Shown here piece by piece: positions 60,801 through 64,000 of a stretch of DNA of 64,000 nucleotides. Position 1 is the first letter of the stretch. Each line of letters starts with the position of its first letter. Source of the stretch: Planctomycetota bacterium. GTDB taxonomy: Bacteria; Planctomycetota; UBA11346. The notes beneath the pieces were generated by a model. It worked only from the letters and a program-made list of their open reading frames with translations. It did no database searches and was not told the origin of the DNA. The stretch covers positions 1 through 64,000 of the forward strand of contig JBBQSO010000012.1 of the NCBI GenBank assembly GCA_038213805.1, written 5' to 3'. Both the position numbers and the translations under genes were made by a program.

Positions 60801-61239
60801 GGTCGAGCTCAAGGACTTCCTGCCGCTGTCGGCCGAGGTGCTGAAGGGCTGGACGTATTCCGCGTCGCTCAACTCCGGCGCGGCTGGACACGCAGCCGAC
60901 GGCAACCGTGACTCGCGCTGGGACACGGGCGCCGGCCAGACCGCCGGGCAGTGGTTCCAGATCGACATGGCCAAGCCTTACGCGCTCAACCGCCTGGTTC
61001 TCGACGCCGAGCCCTCGACCAACGACTACCCACGCGGCTGGGAGGTGCGCCTGAGCGACGACGGCACGACCTGGTCCGAGCCCGTCGCCACGGGCGAGGG
61101 CAAGGCCGCGGTCACCGAGATCGCCTTGCCAGGCAAGTCCGCGCGCTACGTGCGCATCGTCCAGACCGCTTCAGGGAAGACCGGATTGTTCTGGTCGATC
61201 CATGAGTTGAAGGCGTACGCGAAGGAGCAGGGAAAGTAG
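57805..61239 (+). CDS. ThuA-like + PVC-type membrane dehydrogenase propeller + HEAT + cytochrome c + F5/8 (CBM32-like) protein
   Basis: GQNNHDW, DELYH; ELVASDP, D.DGDG.AD, FRPV..GPDG; GWWRDTAQ, HALW; CFACHG; DGN..SRW..WFQID. Confidence 0.9.
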   Translation: MPLARPISIRLLSLLAPALLSGALLGAQDQPVPGSLPVLLIGGQNNHDWKLTNAFLMDLFHAAPGLAAVEDDTPPADAPPAAWDAWHPQFTKYRCVVLDYNGQMWPDAVKQDFEAYIAGGGGALVLHASNNSFTGWTEYEKMVGMLWRDQKYGASLYVDAQGTVVREEAGQGRGMGHGAQYDWQLTIRDAVHPITAGMPDHWLHIKDELYHGQRGPAQDVHILMTAHSDPGKGGTGKDEPIVWWVPYGKGKVVTDVMGHVGETATLSCVGYQTTVLRAIEWLATGACATPIPKDFPTPERTTQRYPGGPAKSLDPEMTPAESLARFKLPPGYHIELVASDPTIINPVACSWDGDGRLYVAEMRTYMLDADAKGENEPRSRVTRLVDSKGTGVYDQATVFADGLVLPRMVLALGKRVIIAETSTGKFVSYGDKDGDGVADDKVEVFDGGRSNGNLEHQDSALQWSLDNRLYTAQVGSRRFRIAADGHWDSEPLYGRGSQWGLAIDDLGRTYSSAAGGENGAFGFQQLPAYGALELEGEQGEGFTEVYPRLQTVDVQGGLGRVHPLRGTLNHLTGCAGQSIFRGDRLPADLAGDYILPEPVGRLVRRAKIQVQDGKRVLVNAYDHDEFITSTDPSFRPVWSATGPDGCLYICDLHHGIIQEGAWTNPGSYLRGIIDRDGHAKYVGHGRIYRVVADGFKPGPQPQLLERKASELVQYLAHPNGWWRDTAQQLIVLSGDKSVVPALQQLARSGSTPLGRMHALWALDGLGASDHDLLVAACKDADWRVRCAAVRIGEALLIKGDAAFLAALTPLGADPVIDVVVQVVDSLRFVTDPQGKLLLAAIAARHIGNEIVTASAQQSLRYDPAHPTPINVKLDAKSLALAKKGYEHYTQLCFACHGLDGKGVTSNDGQRMAPPLSGSARVQGSADALTRIVLDGLTGEIDGKTYVGLMVPMKANDDQWLAEVLTYVRSSFGNSAPAITAADVTRIRAATASRAQPWTMVELKDFLPLSAEVLKGWTYSASLNSGAAGHAADGNRDSRWDTGAGQTAGQWFQIDMAKPYALNRLVLDAEPSTNDYPRGWEVRLSDDGTTWSEPVATGEGKAAVTEIALPGKSARYVRIVQTASGKTGLFWSIHELKAYAKEQGK

Positions 61240-61382
61240 CGCCGCGGGGAGACGGCTCGTCGTCGGGCTATTGCGAGCTGCGAGCTGTGAGGCGCAAAGC
61301 GTTGCCGGTGCGCGCCTCGATGACCTGGTGGCACGCCGGCAGTCGTCTTGCCTGGACGGTGCAGGATGGCTAGGGTGCGGGG

Positions 61383-62171
61383 ATGGTCCTGACCCTCGCG
61401 ATCACACTCGGGCTCGCACTGTGCGCGGCCGTGGTCGGATGGCGTGCGCCCCGGTCGCGGGCGCTGGGTGTGGGGGCGGTCGTGCTGGCACTCGTGGCGA
61501 CCGCCAACGTCGCCTACTACGCGCACCGCTGCGATGATCTGCCGGGATACTTCCGCTATCGCACGTGGTGGTGGGCCGACCACGTGCCGGCGCTGTCCGG
61601 GTTCCTGGTCGGGTACTGCCTGAAGACCCTGGACCGCACTGCGCGACTGGCGTCGACCGCGGCGTCCGCGCTGCTCGCGCTCGCCGCCATCGTCGGCCCG
61701 TGGGCCAAACCGCTGCTCCTGCCGCTCGATCAGCTCGACCCCGTCGGCCACTGGCAGGATGGCATCTGCATCCAGACCACCTCCAGCACCTGCGGACCGT
61801 GCGCGTTGACCAACCTGCTTCACCGGCATGGCATCGTCACCAGCGAGCGCGAATTGGCGTTCGAGGCCATGACCAGCGGCACCAGCACCGAACTCTGGTA
61901 CCTGGCGCGCTGTGCCGAACGCCGCGGGTTCACCACGTCATTCGTGGCCGGCGATCAGGCGCTGCGACCCGATGCCATCATTGGCAAGGGGCTCGGCGGG
62001 ACCGGTCATTTCATCGCAATCACCGCCGGCGCCGACGGCACGCTGGCCATCGCTGATTCCGTCGCCGGCGCCAGCCACGTCCCGCTCGCCAAGGCGCAGA
62101 AGCTGCTTGGGACGCCCGGCATGTCGTTGCTGGTGCATGGACTCCCGCCGCTGGTCCCGACTCCGCCGTGA
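61383..62171 (+). CDS. Membrane-anchored C39-like cysteine peptidase
   Basis: N-terminal TMs; QTTSSTCG (Q/C), GHF (H), IADS (D); no ABC domain. Confidence 0.75.
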   Translation: MVLTLAITLGLALCAAVVGWRAPRSRALGVGAVVLALVATANVAYYAHRCDDLPGYFRYRTWWWADHVPALSGFLVGYCLKTLDRTARLASTAASALLALAAIVGPWAKPLLLPLDQLDPVGHWQDGICIQTTSSTCGPCALTNLLHRHGIVTSERELAFEAMTSGTSTELWYLARCAERRGFTTSFVAGDQALRPDAIIGKGLGGTGHFIAITAGADGTLAIADSVAGASHVPLAKAQKLLGTPGMSLLVHGLPPLVPTPP

Positions 62172-62301
62172 CGTGGATGCGCGCCATCCGCCATGCGGCC
62201 AAACGCCGCGGAAGATCGGCGTCGATGCGGGAAATACCATGACAGTCGGGAGTCTTGCCGTGGGTGCTTGACAGACTCGTTACTCACCCCCAGCTCCACG
62301 C

Positions 62302-63246
62302 TCAGAAATTCCCGCCCCCGCCCCCCGCATTGACCATCTCCGGAGTCGGCGAAGGCAGCTCTCCCGGCGCGTCGCGTCGCGGCAGCTTGCCGCTGTCGTC
62401 GTTCTGCGGGCCGAGGTAGGTCAGCGTGCGGGCATGCCCGGCGGCGTCGGCGAAGGTCCACTCGCCGATGCGCGCGCCGCGCGCATAGCCGCCGTTCGCG
62501 ATCTGGTGGCCCTGGTCGTCCCAGAAGGTCCATACTCCGCAGCGCAGGTTGTCGCCGGCGCTGCGTTCCAGGTACCAGCCCTCGGCGAGGGTCCGCCCGT
62601 TGGCGTGGTATTCATGCCACGGGCCTAGCCGGCAGCCCTCGTTGTAGTGGCCCTCGTCGCGCAGACTGCCGTCCTCGCGCCAGCGCTTCCACAGGCCGAA
62701 TTGCAGGCCGCCGCGGTGCAGGCCCTCGGCCATCGGCTTGCCGTTCTGGAAGAAGTAGCGCCAGCGCCCGGCATAATTTCCGTCGCTGGCGAGTGGCCCC
62801 TGCGCCTTGGTCGAGCCATCCGGCCAAGTCAGGGTGCAGGGCGCCGCCGGCAGGTCCTTCTCGACCTCCAAGAAGGGCTTGCCGGCGGTGAACAGCGCGA
62901 GTCGCGCCTGGAACTCGTCGCGGCTGTTGCCGGCGCCGGCGCCACGCTCGAAGCGCTCGATGGCTTGGGCCTGCAGCTTCACCGCCTCGGCGTAGTCACC
63001 GGCCTGCGCGTAAGCGGTCGCGACGGTATCGACCATGTGCGGCGGCAGCGTGCCGGTGCCGCGCAGCTCCTTGGCGAAGGCCAACGCGGTCACCGCGTCG
63101 AGGCAGGAGGGCGCGGTCGCCACCACCCACGCATAGTTGTTGACGCGGGTCAGGAATTCGCCGCGGTCGGAGCTGGCGAGGCCTTCGACGGCGCGCGCCC
63201 CGGTCAGCGTCACGGCCAGCATAAGTAGGCATGCCGCGCGCATCAT
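62302..63246 (-). CDS. Secreted TPR + MORN-variant repeat protein
   Basis: NNYAW, DTVATAYAQAGDY.EA; repeated G.W..(Y/W)..NG....EG. Confidence 0.8.
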   Translation of the reverse strand: MMRAACLLMLAVTLTGARAVEGLASSDRGEFLTRVNNYAWVVATAPSCLDAVTALAFAKELRGTGTLPPHMVDTVATAYAQAGDYAEAVKLQAQAIERFERGAGAGNSRDEFQARLALFTAGKPFLEVEKDLPAAPCTLTWPDGSTKAQGPLASDGNYAGRWRYFFQNGKPMAEGLHRGGLQFGLWKRWREDGSLRDEGHYNEGCRLGPWHEYHANGRTLAEGWYLERSAGDNLRCGVWTFWDDQGHQIANGGYARGARIGEWTFADAAGHARTLTYLGPQNDDSGKLPRRDAPGELPSPTPEMVNAGGGGGNF

Positions 63247-63743
63247 CGCGCCTCCCGTTCCGCTCCGGCGCGCCGCTGCCCGGCCGGCGCGCTGCTTGGC
63301 GCTGGCGCCGCGCCGAGCAGCGGCGCCAGTGCCGCCACTGCCTGCTCCAGGTCGGCGACCAGGTGTGCGCTGCTGCGCGTCAGCATGCAGTTGCCGCTGA
63401 CGTCTTCAGCCGGCCGCCAGTCGGTGCGCAGCGCCACCACCGGCAGTCCGCGCGCATAGGCGTAGCCCATCTCGAAGGCGGTGCCGGAATCCGCGTCGGC
63501 GCCGTCGATCACCGCCAGCACCGCGTGCGCACGCTCGAGTTGACCCACGCACGCGGCGAAGATGCCGGCGAAATCCGGGCGCTTGCCCGCTGGCGCATCG
63601 TAGATCGCGCAGAATTCCTGGGGCAAAAGCAGTTCGACGCCGGGCAGGCGGGTGCGCAGCAACCCGGCGTTGGCGGCGTTCCACGCGCGCTCGGCGGCGG
63701 TGAAGAGGGGGCCGGCATAGTACAGCACGGGGCGGTCGCTCAT
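63243..63743 (-). CDS. Nucleoside 2-deoxyribosyltransferase family protein
   Basis: YYAGPLF, DGADADSGTAFEMGYA, NCML. Confidence 0.9.
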   Translation of the reverse strand: MSDRPVLYYAGPLFTAAERAWNAANAGLLRTRLPGVELLLPQEFCAIYDAPAGKRPDFAGIFAACVGQLERAHAVLAVIDGADADSGTAFEMGYAYARGLPVVALRTDWRPAEDVSGNCMLTRSSAHLVADLEQAVAALAPLLGAAPAPSSAPAGQRRAGAEREAR

Positions 63744-63748
63744 GGCGG

Positions 63749-64000
63749 TCAGCGTTGCGGATCGTTGCGGTCGGCGGCCGTCGGTCGCACCGGGACTCCG
63801 TGCGCCAGGACCTGGTCGAGGCCCTCCGAGAACGGGATGATCATGCCTTCGCCCGCGGCGCTGAGCACGATGTAGCAGCTGTCGACGTAGCCGAACAGCG
63901 TCCAGCGGCGCAGCGGCACGGGCGTGTACGCGACCACCGACCCGGGGCCCGGCGCCGGATGGGCGACCGCGCTGAAGCGCTCGCGGCCGCGGCCGGTATC
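63749..64000 (-). CDS. 3' part of a hypothetical protein, truncated by the window edge
   Basis: Open frame ending 5 bp before the next gene; no recognisable motif. Confidence 0.45.
   Translation of the reverse strand, partial: DTGRGRERFSAVAHPAPGPGSVVAYTPVPLRRWTLFGYVDSCYIVLSAAGEGMIIPFSEGLDQVLAHGVPVRPTAADRNDPQR

Noticed and set aside
62302..63246. YwqK-type antitoxin of a toxin-antitoxin pair
   Set aside because: MORN-variant repeats are generic, the protein has a signal peptide and no toxin gene is adjacent.
52110..63743. Prophage or pipolin containing PolB and the deoxyribosyltransferase
   Set aside because: No integrase, att-like repeats, structural or other replication genes; the genes in between are host-type and about 9 kb separate the two.

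Overview
Very GC-rich bacterial chromosomal window with about 43 real CDSs; most other long ORFs in the six-frame track are antisense or shifted-frame shadows. The gene content (DUF1080, PVC-type heme dehydrogenase, many Gfo/Idh/MocA, FHA-GAF proteins) suggests a Planctomycetota/PVC organism, which is an inference. Housekeeping genes (lon, ftsY, rsfS, hpt, oxyR) are mixed with carbohydrate loci (araBDA plus AraC, a Gfo/DUF1080/ApbE locus, two divergent CBM-bearing dehydrogenases sharing LacI-type operators). The most notable items are: (1) an intact phage-type family-B DNA polymerase with no other phage genes nearby, followed by a SET-domain gene; (2) a tightly coupled four-gene Cys/His-rich cluster (DUF318 permease, DUF3299-like protein, unrecognised 4-repeat secreted protein, EF-hand di-heme protein) that looks like an uncharacterised metal system; (3) an 1800-aa surface phosphatase with duplicated PhoX-like domains, a phytase-like domain inserted inside an Ig fold and a Cys-Gly C-terminal anchor; (4) a FloA-NfeD fusion; (5) several intergenic repeat and hairpin families. 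No rRNA, tRNA, CRISPR, integrase or transposase was recognised. All family calls come from motif recognition by eye, with no database searches, so novelty is unverified.
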